Virus record (IMG/VR): IMGVR_UViG_3300030044_000011
DNA: 64,000 nt
From: a virus
Strand: one strand, 5' to 3'
The position numbers were made by a program, and so were the translations under genes. Shown in pieces: positions 29,690 to 41,396 of the stretch (position 1 is the first letter of the stretch; every line of letters starts with the position of its first letter). The notes under the pieces were generated by a model. The model did not search any database. It had not been told where the DNA came from and worked only from the letters and a program-made list of their open reading frames with translations.

Positions 29690-30319
29690 TTAATTCGACT
29701 TCACAGCGGCAGCGGCGGCGTCTTCTGCGACCTTATAGTTCTTTCTGACAGTCGCCCGTACCAACATTCTCTTAACCGCCAGATTCTGACTTACTGTTGG
29801 GTTGAAGTAATACACCAAACCTGTGGATGCTGTGTAGAAATCCTGAGAACCAAGATGCCCCCAACGGAAATCCACCGTTGACCATGAGATGCTGGGGGTC
29901 ACTCGATACTGAGTCCCGCCACCAATCAAGTAGGTAAACTGGTTAGGTGTAGTGTTGCTGAACGTGGAGTTACCAGCAGCAAAATCCGCAAACACCCCAA
30001 ACTGGTCAGAAGGGATATTTGTATGCTTCACGATACTGGAAACATCAGGTATAACATGGACCCCACCAAGATAGCTGTTGAATCCACCCGTGGAAGCAAG
30101 CACGGTATATTCACCGGCAGAAAGGCTGTTCCCTTTTTGTGCTCCCCAGTCAAACACGTCCAACAGCATCGTAGTTACATTACCGGCCCCCCATTGGTTG
30201 TTGTAATGGATACCAACAGCCTCGGTTGCGGTCGAAACTACGAGACCATTTGTTTGTGCAGATAGGGCACCGGCCAAAGAAAGAACCCCTGCAAGGAGTA
30301 GGACGAAATACTTCTTCAT
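29690..30319 (-). CDS. exported, probable outer-membrane beta-barrel protein
   Basis: Signal peptide; amphipathic strands ending TGLVYYF. Confidence 0.6.
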   Translation of the reverse strand: MKKYFVLLLAGVLSLAGALSAQTNGLVVSTATEAVGIHYNNQWGAGNVTTMLLDVFDWGAQKGNSLSAGEYTVLASTGGFNSYLGGVHVIPDVSSIVKHTNIPSDQFGVFADFAAGNSTFSNTTPNQFTYLIGGGTQYRVTPSISWSTVDFRWGHLGSQDFYTASTGLVYYFNPTVSQNLAVKRMLVRATVRKNYKVAEDAAAAAVKSN

Positions 30320-30354
30320 TTAGTTAATCTCCAAAGAGCCAATAGGCTCTCTCA

Positions 30355-31164
30355 CTAATACTCCGATTTCCAGATGTTTGAAATACGAAAGGCGCAGATG
30401 TAAGGATCGGTTCGCTTAGTTCGCCATAGGTCGAGTAGTTTGATAGTGTCATGCACCTTCGTGTAGTCCAGTTTCAACGTCTTAAAAAATTTGACCTTTG
30501 ATGGAGACGGATGAGGGTTGAACCTTGCCTTGCTCAATGTCGAATCATCATCCTTTTGAACCAACGTATAGACCGATAAGTCAATGTAGAGGCTGTGCAA
30601 CCGTCTCTCTGGGGCTACTCCGGGAACCGAGAACCAGAGCTTATTCTCCCATGGCTGCGGCCATCGCTTACTCTCTGGTGGCATAGTGCCCGTTAAAAGC
30701 CACACAGCCGTCCATAGTGCCACGACTATGTCCTCGATGGTTCCTGACGACGCCAACTGGTCTGCCAGCCGGTCTACAAGGTCTTTATCGGGTTTATCCA
30801 TATCCAGAAGAGTAGCGGCGTACCTCACAATAGCATTCGCTCCGGCTGAGCCTCTCGTAATTGGGTCCAGCGACCAAAATGCTGTATTGTCTCTGGCCTG
30901 AGGGGATAGAGTAGTGGTGGATTTGGAGGATAGAACACGAAACAGTTTAGGCGTATCATCTACTAACATGTCAGCATCTGTGACAACCTCGGTGAACACG
31001 CAAGAAACACCAAGGATTTTCTCTGCAAGCTTCTGCTGAACGTAATCCTCACCGACAAGAATGTTAAACCGTTTATGTACCTTGGAAGCTAACATGACAG
31101 GTGCTGGATTGAACTCAGACACCCGCCTACCGGGTCTAAACTTTGGTTGGACTTTATCTGCCAC
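30355..31164 (-). CDS. hypothetical protein
   Basis: 269-aa ORF. Confidence 0.7.
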   Translation of the reverse strand: MADKVQPKFRPGRRVSEFNPAPVMLASKVHKRFNILVGEDYVQQKLAEKILGVSCVFTEVVTDADMLVDDTPKLFRVLSSKSTTTLSPQARDNTAFWSLDPITRGSAGANAIVRYAATLLDMDKPDKDLVDRLADQLASSGTIEDIVVALWTAVWLLTGTMPPESKRWPQPWENKLWFSVPGVAPERRLHSLYIDLSVYTLVQKDDDSTLSKARFNPHPSPSKVKFFKTLKLDYTKVHDTIKLLDLWRTKRTDPYICAFRISNIWKSEY

Positions 31165-31642
31165 ACAAGCTAATACCTAACTAACCCTAGAAACCCGGAG
31201 TAGAATCTCAACCTCTTGTTCATTTATCTCTCCGGCGTGATACCACTTCATAACTCGCTCACGACTGAATATCATAGCCTCTGATTTACCCCAATCGGAG
31301 GTGCAGTATTTTTCAAATGCGTGAGGAATGTAAGGTTCGTCGTCTCTCATATTTGTTTCTTCTTCCTTATGTAGAAGCGAAGCGTGGTCAAATCATATCC
31401 TCGCTTTTCCAACTCATCCCACAGTGAGGGCTCATATGTTACCCAATCATGACGCTTGGCATCAATAGGCGCATCCCAGTTTAGATGTGCTCTTTCACTC
31501 CCCAATACGCTGTGCAGAAGGCGTGGGTCGGCACGTTGTGTTCCCGATCCGTTGTGATACACCACATCCTCGGAGCTATGCCGGTCGGCTTTGCCCCAGT
31601 AAATATGGAGTTCACCTTCTCGGACTATGGGTCTGCGTCTCA

Positions 31643-32332
31643 TTAAGTCATACTCAATTTAGGTTTGGCTGTTTGAAACTTGGCATGGGCTGTAGTCATA
31701 TCCTCCACGAACTTTGAAGCGTCCAAAAGGTGGAGTAACACTCGCTTCCCATTTGGAGTTATAGCTACTCCTCCCTTTTTCACCTTTACAATACCAAAGC
31801 TAGTACAGACGACTACCATAGTCTCAGCCAACTGGCTAACAAGGTCGCGTACAAACTCCTTCTGCTTTTCCTCCGACACAGCAACTCCAGTCTCATCGGT
31901 GACTTTAAAACGAAGGTGCTTTTCTAAGGGCTCGATCAAATACTCGTGTTGTGGATTATCGAGTTCATTCAGAAAAATGACGAACAAAGGCCGCATGACC
32001 TTTCCGAAGTGAGGATGAGCGCCATTCAATTGTTCGAAAATCAACTCACCTACAAGTAAGGTAACGCCAAATGTAGCCCCCCATTTATAGCCATCATACG
32101 AGCTAGGCATCAATTGAAATTCAGTCAATGTGGGGTACTTGGCATACTTCTCTAATAACTTTTTCTGCTCAACTAAAAACGTGTTGGCCTGTAGCCGGGG
32201 GTTTTCTTCGAGAGAGTTATCACTTATAAGAGCCATCAACTCATTCTTGGCCTGAGTTATGATGGTTTTCTGAAGGAAAAGAACCTTCTTAAGATCATCC
32301 ACGTTTTTAAGCTGTACTATAGAATCATTCAC
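31643..32332 (-). CDS. hypothetical protein
   Basis: 229-aa ORF. Confidence 0.7.
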   Translation of the reverse strand: MNDSIVQLKNVDDLKKVLFLQKTIITQAKNELMALISDNSLEENPRLQANTFLVEQKKLLEKYAKYPTLTEFQLMPSSYDGYKWGATFGVTLLVGELIFEQLNGAHPHFGKVMRPLFVIFLNELDNPQHEYLIEPLEKHLRFKVTDETGVAVSEEKQKEFVRDLVSQLAETMVVVCTSFGIVKVKKGGVAITPNGKRVLLHLLDASKFVEDMTTAHAKFQTAKPKLSMT

Positions 32333-33362
32333 CTATTTGCCACCCGTCCGCCCCTTTTACGTCCACCCTTTTTACCCTGAGGTCGAAATAACCGTGCCCC
32401 TAACAGCAATGTGCTATCCACCGTTGACACCATTCTTGAACTGGTTGCTTGCGCTTCGAGATACTCCCGAACATACCCGTTCGCACCGCCGCGATAATAC
32501 AATGCAATGGATAGTTTTTCGAAAAAGGTCAGGTCTCTCCAAGATTTCATCATATCTATCTATTACGGAGTTTTCAGTAGTTTTGAAACTTCATCCAATG
32601 GAATGACTGACTTTTTCAGTCGTCGGATACCAAGGCGGAAGCAGTGAATACTCAGCCACAAAGAGGGTCTACGCCACAGCAGGATGGACATGCTGTAGGA
32701 AGTCTGTTCATTGATGTCAGAGAGCACCTTGCGGTCGCGAAGGCCCGTGGCGGCAAGGTGGTCATAATATCCCCTATAGGCGCGGAGCACAAACTGTGTG
32801 TGAAAGTCCAGTTCGACCGGGCTTGCCTGATAAGGGAGCAGCAAGGTTAGCAACGTATACAACATGTGTGCCTCCTTGGCTACACGCTATCTCGCTGCTG
32901 ACCCCGGTTATTTAATCCCAAGCCTCAGCCAAAGGTAGCTCACCAAATTTGGAATAGTCCTGCATATTTCTGTAGAGCCACCCACCGTCACATGGTAGAA
33001 GTGGCCTCTATAAATATCAACGCACCATTCAATTTCATTGGTTTGTGATTTTAGCCGGAAATTGGGTGCCTGTTTGGTAAGAGAGAACCTCCGCTCACAT
33101 ACCAAAGCAACATCCATGGGGATGTGTGTTTGAACCGCAGTGATAACGGGGGCGACATCACGAGGTTGAGGGAATTTGGGGGTGCCTTTACGCAATTAGC
33201 CCTCAAACTCATCGAAGTTGGGATTGTCATTGGGTGGCCGGGTTAAAGACATGGAAACCCGTTCGTACTCCCGCGCCGCGTGAGGCCGACGCCGAACGTA
33301 AGCGATATTGGGACCGGGAGAGTTGCGTCCAGAATTTCATCAAGCGTTTTCATGAGCCTCCT

Positions 33363-35213
33363 TTAGTTAGGCCATACCACGGCGTCCATCCACCACTTTG
33401 GAAACAGTTTACCATTACGACCGAGGAAAGCGATGATAGCCGCATCCAGAATGAAGTGCTTCGCCTTATCCTCCTTGTGACGGTTGGAGCGGCCTGTAGC
33501 CTGTACCAGAGCCAAAGCAACGCGGCTGGCATACCATTCAGGGTCACGCTGCATACGAGCCTTGACATAAGGGTCGAGGCAGGGGAATGGTACCTTGACG
33601 ATAACCGAGAACCGCGACAGGTCGTCCTTCAGGTCGAGTCCTTCCGTCATGCTTGGGGAGAAGAGAACGGTAGGGTTCTCAGACTCAATATGACGACCAA
33701 TTGCGATGTCGCGGTCACCGCTCGTGTGGGTAAGCACACGGTTGCGAGAACCCATACTGTCGGCCATGAACTTATTCACCTTATAACTATGGGTGTGAAC
33801 GATGCCCTTATGAGCGGCGAACTTATCCATAATCTTACCAAGGAACTCAGCCACTTTTGGCATAGCAACATCAATCGAAGGTACCTGACCAGACTGCCAG
33901 CACTTGCGGCACCCAGCACCCTTACGGTTCTCACGGCCAGCATCCTCAGGGTTGGAGCACTCCGGGCAAGCAACTTTGGTGCTGGACATGTTCGCAATCG
34001 GCTTGATGAATACAGGACGATTTTCAATCGGAAAGTCACAGTCAATGCGGCAGGTTACGGCATCATTGGCGTCGATGCCAAGGTTACGCATAAAGAACTT
34101 GAAATCACCAATGGTGGCCGACATAATGATGACCTTTTCGGCCTTGCTAAACAGAATCTCATCAGCGAACAGAGTGGCCGTCAAGGGCTTGATGATGAGG
34201 CAACCAAACTCACTGCTGCCCTTGGTCTCATCAGTATAGGTAATCCAGTCGATGATGTTTTCAGCGGCGGAGTTTAGGAAGAGTACAAGCTTGCTTGTGA
34301 ATCGGCGAAGGCTGTTCAACTTCTTACCCAACTTGGTAGCGGCTCCGGTACTCTTGTCTTCCTTGAGGTCTTCCAGTTCCGATGTCCACGTCATGATGAG
34401 AGCCTGTGCAGCAGGAACAAAGGTCTCTGCCACCCACTCCACACCTTTGGTGGTCTGTCCCGGCTTCACAACGGGCATGGACAAAAAGTCGATACCCACC
34501 TCCTCGCAACGAAAACGGTTAATGACAGTGTCGGCTTGCGAGAGAATCTGTCCTTCGGTGTTGTGCCCTTCATCAAGAATGAGCATTTTACGAGGTGAAA
34601 GCTGACCGGCGTGGGTGGTCTCACCCAAGTAGTAGGCGAAGTTAGTTACGCCGAGGGGGTTTTTCACAAACAACTTCTTGGCCTCTTTATATGGGCAGAA
34701 GGAGCACCCCTTCTTCCCCTCTTCATCCTCAGACTTTTCGGTACGGCAGAGCATCCCACCCGTTTCACAATCCACAAACTTTCCGGTCTCATCATCTACA
34801 AACTCAGTGCAGGTATAATTCGAACGACCCTTGAGTTCCTTGAGACCGATGGACTCAAAATCACCCATGTACTGAGCAGTCAAACTTTTCTGCGGGGAGA
34901 GGATGTAGGCACCGGCTTCAAAACCGGGGCGAACGGGTTGAGTCTTGGCGTGAGAGCCAGCAGCGATGGCGATACCGGACTTACCAGAGCCTGTCGGGGC
35001 TTCGATGATAATGAACTTCTTGTTCTCGCGGTATGCCTGTTCAATGGCCTGAAATGCCTGTTCCTGAGCGGGACGGACCACAGGGAACGGAAAGTGATCG
35101 CGGATGTCGGAGGATGAAGCTAGATTGAGGTTCTTAAGGCTTCTCAGAGTCTCAGCTTGCGCCGAGGGGAAGTCAACCTTATTCGGAAAACCAATTTGAA
35201 CTAGCTCAGTCAT
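33363..35213 (-). CDS. DinG/XPD-family helicase
   Basis: EAPTGSGKS, Fe-S Cys cluster, DEGH, SAT, EGLD, QATGRSNR. Confidence 0.92.
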   Translation of the reverse strand: MTELVQIGFPNKVDFPSAQAETLRSLKNLNLASSSDIRDHFPFPVVRPAQEQAFQAIEQAYRENKKFIIIEAPTGSGKSGIAIAAGSHAKTQPVRPGFEAGAYILSPQKSLTAQYMGDFESIGLKELKGRSNYTCTEFVDDETGKFVDCETGGMLCRTEKSEDEEGKKGCSFCPYKEAKKLFVKNPLGVTNFAYYLGETTHAGQLSPRKMLILDEGHNTEGQILSQADTVINRFRCEEVGIDFLSMPVVKPGQTTKGVEWVAETFVPAAQALIMTWTSELEDLKEDKSTGAATKLGKKLNSLRRFTSKLVLFLNSAAENIIDWITYTDETKGSSEFGCLIIKPLTATLFADEILFSKAEKVIIMSATIGDFKFFMRNLGIDANDAVTCRIDCDFPIENRPVFIKPIANMSSTKVACPECSNPEDAGRENRKGAGCRKCWQSGQVPSIDVAMPKVAEFLGKIMDKFAAHKGIVHTHSYKVNKFMADSMGSRNRVLTHTSGDRDIAIGRHIESENPTVLFSPSMTEGLDLKDDLSRFSVIVKVPFPCLDPYVKARMQRDPEWYASRVALALVQATGRSNRHKEDKAKHFILDAAIIAFLGRNGKLFPKWWMDAVVWPN

Positions 35214-35967
35214 TTCTTCTCTCCACCATTAGTATACCGAAAACTCCACAGTTTTAGCTAGTTTTTAGGAAAAATTTTACACAATCACACAGAAGCAATC
35301 GGATGTGCAAGAGAACCCTTGAAGTTGTTCTTTTTCCAACAGTTGCCTGTGTTCCACTGACATGAATTCAGACACAGTCTCGGCCATCTCCGCTACCTTA
35401 GCACGGAACACATCGTCAGACACCCGTCCGGGGTAGACCGATGACAAACCACGCAATTTGCTGGCATAGACAGTGCAGACATCGGTAGGGAGCCCACTGG
35501 AGGCGTTGTTAGAGCACTGAGCGAACAAGGCAACGGTTTCTTGTATACGCTGGAGGGGGTTGTCTACATGGTTGTAAAGACAAGTTAATCTCACCCACAA
35601 CTTCTGACAATCACTTAGACTATCCCATTGAAACGCAGAGCGAGATGTGAGAATAAACATCACGTCATCATACATTCGTTCGATTTTGAGGAAGTGTTCG
35701 GCTTTCCTAAACTCTTCAGGCTCCATACACAAGAACCTTTCACGGCGAGATGCTTTCTCCCGTTGCACAAGGAAAAGAGAACAGGCCGCTGAACCAGCAT
35801 TGCCAATGCAGCAAAGATGAAGTTGAGCATAGGGTACAGCCGCAAGAGTCCGCTCTGTGAACCTTTTCCCTTGCTCGATCAATTCGCGGCGAAGGTCTGT
35901 GAAGTCACGCTGGGGCGTGTCCAATGATTCAATTTCAATCCTCATAGTCCTATAATACTAGGTTAAT

Positions 35968-36702
35968 TTACTGATAAACCCACGTACTACCATTAAACAA
36001 CACCATCAGGGTTGTAGAACTTGCCGGTGTTCCAGAACCAGCCGCTGTGCCACCCCAAGCAGGGCTACCTGAAGCATCTGAGATAACAGCCAATTGTCCT
36101 GCAACAGGCGAGACCGGGAGTGCCGAGTATAGCACAGGAGTTAAAACGACCTGATTAACTACCCTAGAGAGAGGGTAGGAGATGAAAGAGAATTGAACAT
36201 AACTATTCGATGTCCCACCAACTTGATAGATAAAACCAAGCGGTTGAATCAAATTAGGGATAGTGGGTACAGCTAACTGAACTGAGCCGGGTTGTGTAGT
36301 GCTCAAATAAACGGTGGCTCCAACGTTGGCCGGAGCAAACCCAGTTGTAAACGGACAGCTAACGATCCCCTCAGTGGTGATAATGACTGTAGCATTCATA
36401 GCCGCACCTACTGACACAAACCCCATAGCGGGGGCATTATCTGTGGACAAAGCCGAAGCTAGTTTGGCGTATATAGTGGAGCCTGAATAATACAGACTTA
36501 CCAATTGTCCCACTTGTAGAGCGACCGCAGCTTGAGCGATTACAGGAGTTGAACTGGTAAAAAAACTACCATCCAATGCCCCTTCAGCGTTAAGCAAAAC
36601 AGGGGCGAAGGCATCCGCTGAACTCCCAGTGTATACGGAGACACCGGGGGTGATGTCAATCAGATTCGTGGTTTGATTAAAGATGCATAGCTTTGTAGAC
36701 AT
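35968..36702 (-). CDS. putative virion structural protein
   Basis: Ala/Val/Thr-rich beta-type sequence; GATVYLS..G. Confidence 0.5.
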   Translation of the reverse strand: MSTKLCIFNQTTNLIDITPGVSVYTGSSADAFAPVLLNAEGALDGSFFTSSTPVIAQAAVALQVGQLVSLYYSGSTIYAKLASALSTDNAPAMGFVSVGAAMNATVIITTEGIVSCPFTTGFAPANVGATVYLSTTQPGSVQLAVPTIPNLIQPLGFIYQVGGTSNSYVQFSFISYPLSRVVNQVVLTPVLYSALPVSPVAGQLAVISDASGSPAWGGTAAGSGTPASSTTLMVLFNGSTWVYQ

Positions 36703-37386
36703 TTATCGCGTCCTCGGGGGCCAGTGAACTCTTTTATTTTTCCATTCGGCTAACTCAGGAAACTGTTTGTCGGCATCAGTGTCATGCATCAAATTAGCCG
36801 GATTTGGAGGTGTCTCGTGATGGTCTCCGGGTTGAGCCGTGTCATCAATGTTCTTCTGATTCTCACGATTGGCAAGCTCTCCTGAACCCTCAAAAACCTC
36901 TCCGCTGATGTCATACCCATAGGCCGTTTTTCCTGTTAAACTGGAAAACCTGTTCTTAGAAGGACTACTCGCTGCACGTGTCAGGCTTTCTAAAACCCCA
37001 TGAACCTTTGCCAAAGAATAGGACTGGAACAAAACGGCGGAGGAGAAATTTTCCGAGTTAGCGTACATTACAGAGATTTCGAAGTCATGACGTGCATTTT
37101 GCATATACCGCTTAACCATCGGCATCCAAGAAACTTGAGGGATAACATCCAACAGACTCAACACAAGTTCGCGGAGTTTAGGCTCTGTTTGTTTGAACAG
37201 AATAGAATCATGTTCTGGTGCCTTTAAACCCTCCCAAATCATGACGATGTCATTGTAAGTATCCCGAAGCCAATTAACATCCTGCGGCCATGTCTGTCCA
37301 TCCTGAAGCAATTCATTACGAAACCTTGGCTTACTCTCCAGCGGGTGGACAGGCGAGGCGGCTAGTTTGGCAGGTTTCAATCTCAT
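36703..37386 (-). CDS. hypothetical protein
   Basis: ORF downstream of the candidate late promoter. Confidence 0.65.
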   Translation of the reverse strand: MRLKPAKLAASPVHPLESKPRFRNELLQDGQTWPQDVNWLRDTYNDIVMIWEGLKAPEHDSILFKQTEPKLRELVLSLLDVIPQVSWMPMVKRYMQNARHDFEISVMYANSENFSSAVLFQSYSLAKVHGVLESLTRAASSPSKNRFSSLTGKTAYGYDISGEVFEGSGELANRENQKNIDDTAQPGDHHETPPNPANLMHDTDADKQFPELAEWKNKRVHWPPRTR

Positions 37387-37576
37387 CGTAGGTTCCCTAC
37401 AAGAGGAAATGAAAAGCCAAAATTTCACAGCTACCGGGTTTATAGTAGAGGCTGCTTGCTGATGAAGGTGTTTATCGAGTAGTTAATGTAGTAATTTTGT
37501 GCCCTTACTCGTGTGAGGGTGACCTTCCACAGGATGGAAGGCAGAGAGGCTGGGAAGCTCTGTTCCCAGCCTCTTT

Positions 37577-38350
37577 TTATATTTCAAATTCCGCGACCGC
37601 ATACCTCGTCCACTTACGTTCCTTAGGGTACCCATGAGGGTTACACACTACTCGGGTTTCACCCAGCATGTAATCGCAAGTCAAGTGCGTATGACCATGC
37701 ACCCACAGACGAGGCTTCTTATCCAAAATAAGCGGTGTCTCATCGGAAACAAAGAACCGATTGATGGGACTCTCGGCGTACATCCTGTTGGTACTCAAGT
37801 TTGAGGGAAGGTGATGAGACAACACAACTGTATCCGGGCGAATCAGTTTATTGCCGTTCTCACGAAACTCTGTGTTTTTCTGATACACCCAATCGTGAAT
37901 ATCCTCAATATACTTGAAGTCGTTCAATTGGTGCTCGTATATCTGGTTCAGCGGGTCGAATGGAAACCACATGGCTCCGCCGTAGAAATGAACACCATCA
38001 ATCGTAGCTTCACTATTCTCCAACACAATGTAGTTATCCGGCAGAAGGTCGCGGATGAATTTCTCAACATCGGCACCCACCTTTGAACTGTAATATTCGT
38101 GGTTGCCAAAAGTGTAGAGCACCCATTTAGCTTTCTCGCCCAAGAAATCGAACACACGGCGGCACTCATTCCGCGTCTGATGAGCGGGGACTACGATGTC
38201 TCCGGGGAGGAAGAGGACATCCAAATCTGGAACGAAGGGGATGCGACCCAAGGCATCGAAAGGATTACCATAGTAGAACTCGGTGTGGCAATCCGAAATT
38301 AACTGGGCTTTCACTGTATACACTCCCGTTCCATATACTCGCCGTAGCAC
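37577..38350 (-). CDS. metallophosphoesterase
   Basis: SDCH, PGD, GNHE, SHHLP, HGHTH. Confidence 0.9.
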   Translation of the reverse strand: MLRRVYGTGVYTVKAQLISDCHTEFYYGNPFDALGRIPFVPDLDVLFLPGDIVVPAHQTRNECRRVFDFLGEKAKWVLYTFGNHEYYSSKVGADVEKFIRDLLPDNYIVLENSEATIDGVHFYGGAMWFPFDPLNQIYEHQLNDFKYIEDIHDWVYQKNTEFRENGNKLIRPDTVVLSHHLPSNLSTNRMYAESPINRFFVSDETPLILDKKPRLWVHGHTHLTCDYMLGETRVVCNPHGYPKERKWTRYAVAEFEI

Positions 38351-39308
38351 TCACCGCCCGGTTGATAGAGTGGAATCTCTGGCAGTAGCTTTGTGGGAGC
38401 CGACTTCACCTTCTTGACCGCTGCTTTCTTAGGGGATTTCGGCGGAGCCGCAGGAATTGGTGCAGCCCACAACTTCTCAAGAAGGGGTGTTGCCCGACGA
38501 ATGAACTTCGCCCGGATACGCTTGCGGTGCTCTCTCCACTTCTTGAGACCGGCTTCGTTGTCTTTCCTGAGATAAGGTGCCCCGTACTTCGCCACATTCT
38601 TGTGGTGTTTTTCCAATATTTGTGAGGCTACTTGGTCGCCCAACTTCATGGCGAATCCTTTGGGAGTTGTATACTTCGTGCCATAATAGGTGACGGTCGT
38701 AAGTTTTTCGATTTTGATGTTCGACCACTCGTTGAAGAAGGCCATTAGCTCACCACCAGCTTACGGGACGGTATCACCATAGGAAGGGCACCTTCAAATA
38801 GCCGCAACGCCTCCTTGGTGCCTTCAGGGCTCCGGGGGATGAAGTGCTCGTACGTACCCCAACCGTTGGGAGCATTGAACGCTTCGAACCGGGGACGGTC
38901 ACCCTTCATCAAGGCAAGTCCGGTGGTGAGCGGCTCGATTAGTTCCTTAGCCTTGGTGATGCCAAGCCGCTCTGGACGCCATAGGTGCTGGTAGATGCCA
39001 GCTTCCATCGCCATCTTGTTCAAGTTGTGGGTGATGTTCTGGTCGAAGACTACATCGGTTTCGGCGGACTTGCCGGTGCCGTCGCAATCGGGGCAGTTCT
39101 TGCAACGTTCGCAGGGAACCTCACGAGGCTCACCCTGTACTAGCCCCACATCTAGGCTCATGTCGTACCTTCTTTCTTCAATACTCGTAATCCGCCGCCA
39201 CATAACAACTCTTCTGATTGTTACCCCCGTCCACGCGGTTCACTCTTGAAAGGATAGCTGCCTTTAGGCCAACCTCCCCAATCAGGTACTCTTCTAATAC
39301 TCAGAATT

Positions 39309-39384
39309 TGGTGTCGCCGATGGGAATCGAACCCACCATCATCTGATTGAAAGTCAGAGGTCCAGACCGATAGACGGCGGCGAC
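39309..39384 (-). tRNA. tRNA-Glu(TTC)
   Basis: TCTGA-CTTTCAA-TCAGA; CCA. Confidence 0.93.
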
Positions 39385-39438
39385 AAACTTAAATCCGGGT
39401 GCCTTACGTTGACTCCTCGATACACGAAACTCATAACT

Positions 39439-39553
39439 TGGTGCCGGGGTAGGTATCGAAGCCTACAAACTCACAAAACCCGTTCGCATAAACGGGCATA
39501 CTTTGTGATGCCTATGGATGCCTCCAGCGAATCTACCAATTCTTCCACCCGGC
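39439..39553 (-). ncRNA. 115-nt tRNA-like RNA with greatly extended central arm
   Basis: GCCGGG/CCCGGC-ACCA; D-loop AATTGGTAGA; T arm GTAGG-CTTCGATA-CCTAC. Confidence 0.6.
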
Positions 39554-39559
39554 GTAGCT

Positions 39560-39635
39560 TGGTGCCCTCGGTAGGAATCGAACCTACGACTTCTTCCGTG
39601 TGAAGGAAGCACTCGTACCGCTGAGTTACGAGGGC
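39560..39635 (-). tRNA. tRNA-Val(CAC)
   Basis: CTTCC-TTCACAC-GGAAG; CCA. Confidence 0.93.
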
Positions 39636-39832
39636 GAAACTTATTCTCAAGGAGGGGCATCGAACCCCCATCTCCGCCACGAACGGGCGGTGTCCTTACC
39701 GCTTGTCACTCCGACATCAGAGGCTATTACTAGCTTGGTGCTGACGGAACCCAGTTACATGCTGCTCAGTATATCGACAGCGGAGCAACATTTACCCGTC
39801 ATTGCTCTGCCATGTTAGACGACCTTGAAACT

Positions 39833-39907
39833 TGGTAGCCCTAGAGGGAGTCGAACCCTCATTCTCACCTTGAAAGGGTGCCTTCCTAGCCGTTAGAAGA
39901 TAGGGCC
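39833..39907 (-). tRNA. tRNA-Glu(TTC)
   Basis: CACC-CTTTCAA-GGTG; CCA. Confidence 0.93.
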
Positions 39908-39927
39908 ATAAACTACCACCGATTACT

Positions 39928-40003
39928 TGGACGCGGAGACGAGGATTTAACTCGTGTCTCAACCTTTGCAGGGTCGCGCCTGATTCGCCTCGGCCACTCC
40001 GCA
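39928..40003 (-). tRNA. tRNA-Cys(GCA), atypical T-loop
   Basis: CGACC-CTGCAAA-GGTTG; U73; CCA. Confidence 0.85.
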
Positions 40004-40340
40004 TTAAAAACTCTTGCTTCTGCTGGCACACAGGCCGCACAAAGGTGCTTTGCCTCGTGCTTGAAACTCTGTCCCGACCCCGTCTCGAAAACTACAGTGA
40101 AGCCAATATCATCGAAGTGTGGGCACTCTGGTATACCTTCCAACTTGCAGAACTCCGATAGTTCATAAGCCATCACCATCGTGATCCTCAGGGTGGTAAG
40201 CATCCCACACTTTCAATACCGCAATCAAAACAAAAATACCAATCAAAACGAAAAAAGTTCCAACATCAACGTGCCCGGTGAAACCATACTCGGGAGTCCA
40301 TGGTGCTTGCATAGTAGACCTCTACTATGCTTCTCATATT

Positions 40341-40415
40341 TGGTAGCCCTACGGGGTGTCGAACCCCGGTTGTCAGGTTGAGAACCTGCTTTCCTAACCG
40401 CTAGAAGATAGGGCC
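40341..40415 (-). tRNA. tRNA-Glu(CTC)
   Basis: CAGG-TTCTCAA-CCTG; CCA. Confidence 0.93.
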
Positions 40416-40429
40416 AAACTACAAACTAG

Positions 40430-40513
40430 TGACGAGTGAAGGATTCGAACCTTCGTTCCCGCCCTTCGCATAAAGCTACTAAGCGAGTTTTTAGGCCACT
40501 AAAGTAACCCGTC
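40430..40513 (-). ncRNA. tRNA-like RNA with expanded anticodon loop
   Basis: GACGGGT/ACTCGTC acceptor; canonical T arm; no 7-nt anticodon loop. Confidence 0.6.
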
Positions 40514-40517
40514 AAAC

Positions 40518-40566
40518 TGGAGCCGAGGGGGCGTGGTTATCCGCCACGGGATTTCCCTTACTCGGC
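40518..40566 (-). ncRNA. 49-nt T-armless mini-tRNA-like RNA (GAT loop)
   Basis: GCCGAG/CTCGGC-TCCA; CGTGG-CGGATAA-CCACG. Confidence 0.5.
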
Positions 40567-40798
40567 ATAAACTCGATTAACTGCGTCCGTCTTCACTTTA
40601 CTAGCCACCCGCCAAGGTCATGGTTGGGGAAGCAACTTTCGCTAGAGCTATCTTGGTGACCCCTACTCTTCCTTTCGGTACCATGGGTATGGGTCAGAGC
40701 CCATAAATCACCGCAGCCTTCACAGCGTGACAAAGCGACTTGCCACTTACGCACTAAGATACACCGTGTTCTGTAATCACACTATGCACTGTGAAACT

Positions 40799-40831
40799 TG
40801 GTGGATGTGACAGGAGTCGAGCTACACACCC
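40799..40831 (-). ncRNA. 33-nt Ala-identity minihelix
   Basis: GGGTGTG/CACATCC-ACCA with G3:U70. Confidence 0.5.
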
Positions 40832-41396
40832 AAAACCTCTTCTACCGCTTCATCAACGGTGGCGATGGCAATCACTTTGCCAGTTTCTGTCGTTCTCGGC
40901 CACCGTAGTTTACCTATGCATTCATCACCCTTATACACGCAGATACTGTACTTCCCGCTTCTCTCACCATCGTTCTCACATAGTGATAAAGTCGGGTCTT
41001 TCGAAATTGCAATTACTGCGTCAATAAAAGTCATTCACCCTCATCCACCAACTCAACCAAGAGTTGTATAGCTTCAATCTCGCGGTCTCCAACCTGTGAG
41101 ACCTTACCTGTTACTGTGTCCGTGACCTTGAGCGGCCATTGCTTTGCCTTGATGTCGGCGATGCTGACAGTCGGACAGCTTACTAACGTGAACTCAGGTA
41201 CACTATACTTCATTCAATCCACACTTCTCACAAAGGTCAGGGTCGTCTTCATCGCTGAGTGGTGCCTTACAACTCAAGCACCGCTTGTATGTGTCGGGCT
41301 CTTCCAACCCCGCGTACCACGGACTGCAAATACATTCACCCACACAAACATCGTTTTCGCAAACCGCGTTGAACTTCATCTCTTCCTAACTATTCA

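Noticed and set aside
33234-35117. Long plus-strand ORFs (347 aa, 168 aa)
   Set aside because: Antisense shadows of the DinG helicase with no recognisable motifs
39645-39715. Functional tRNA-Glu(TTC)
   Set aside because: Anticodon and T arms are present but no acceptor stem or CCA forms, so it is a remnant
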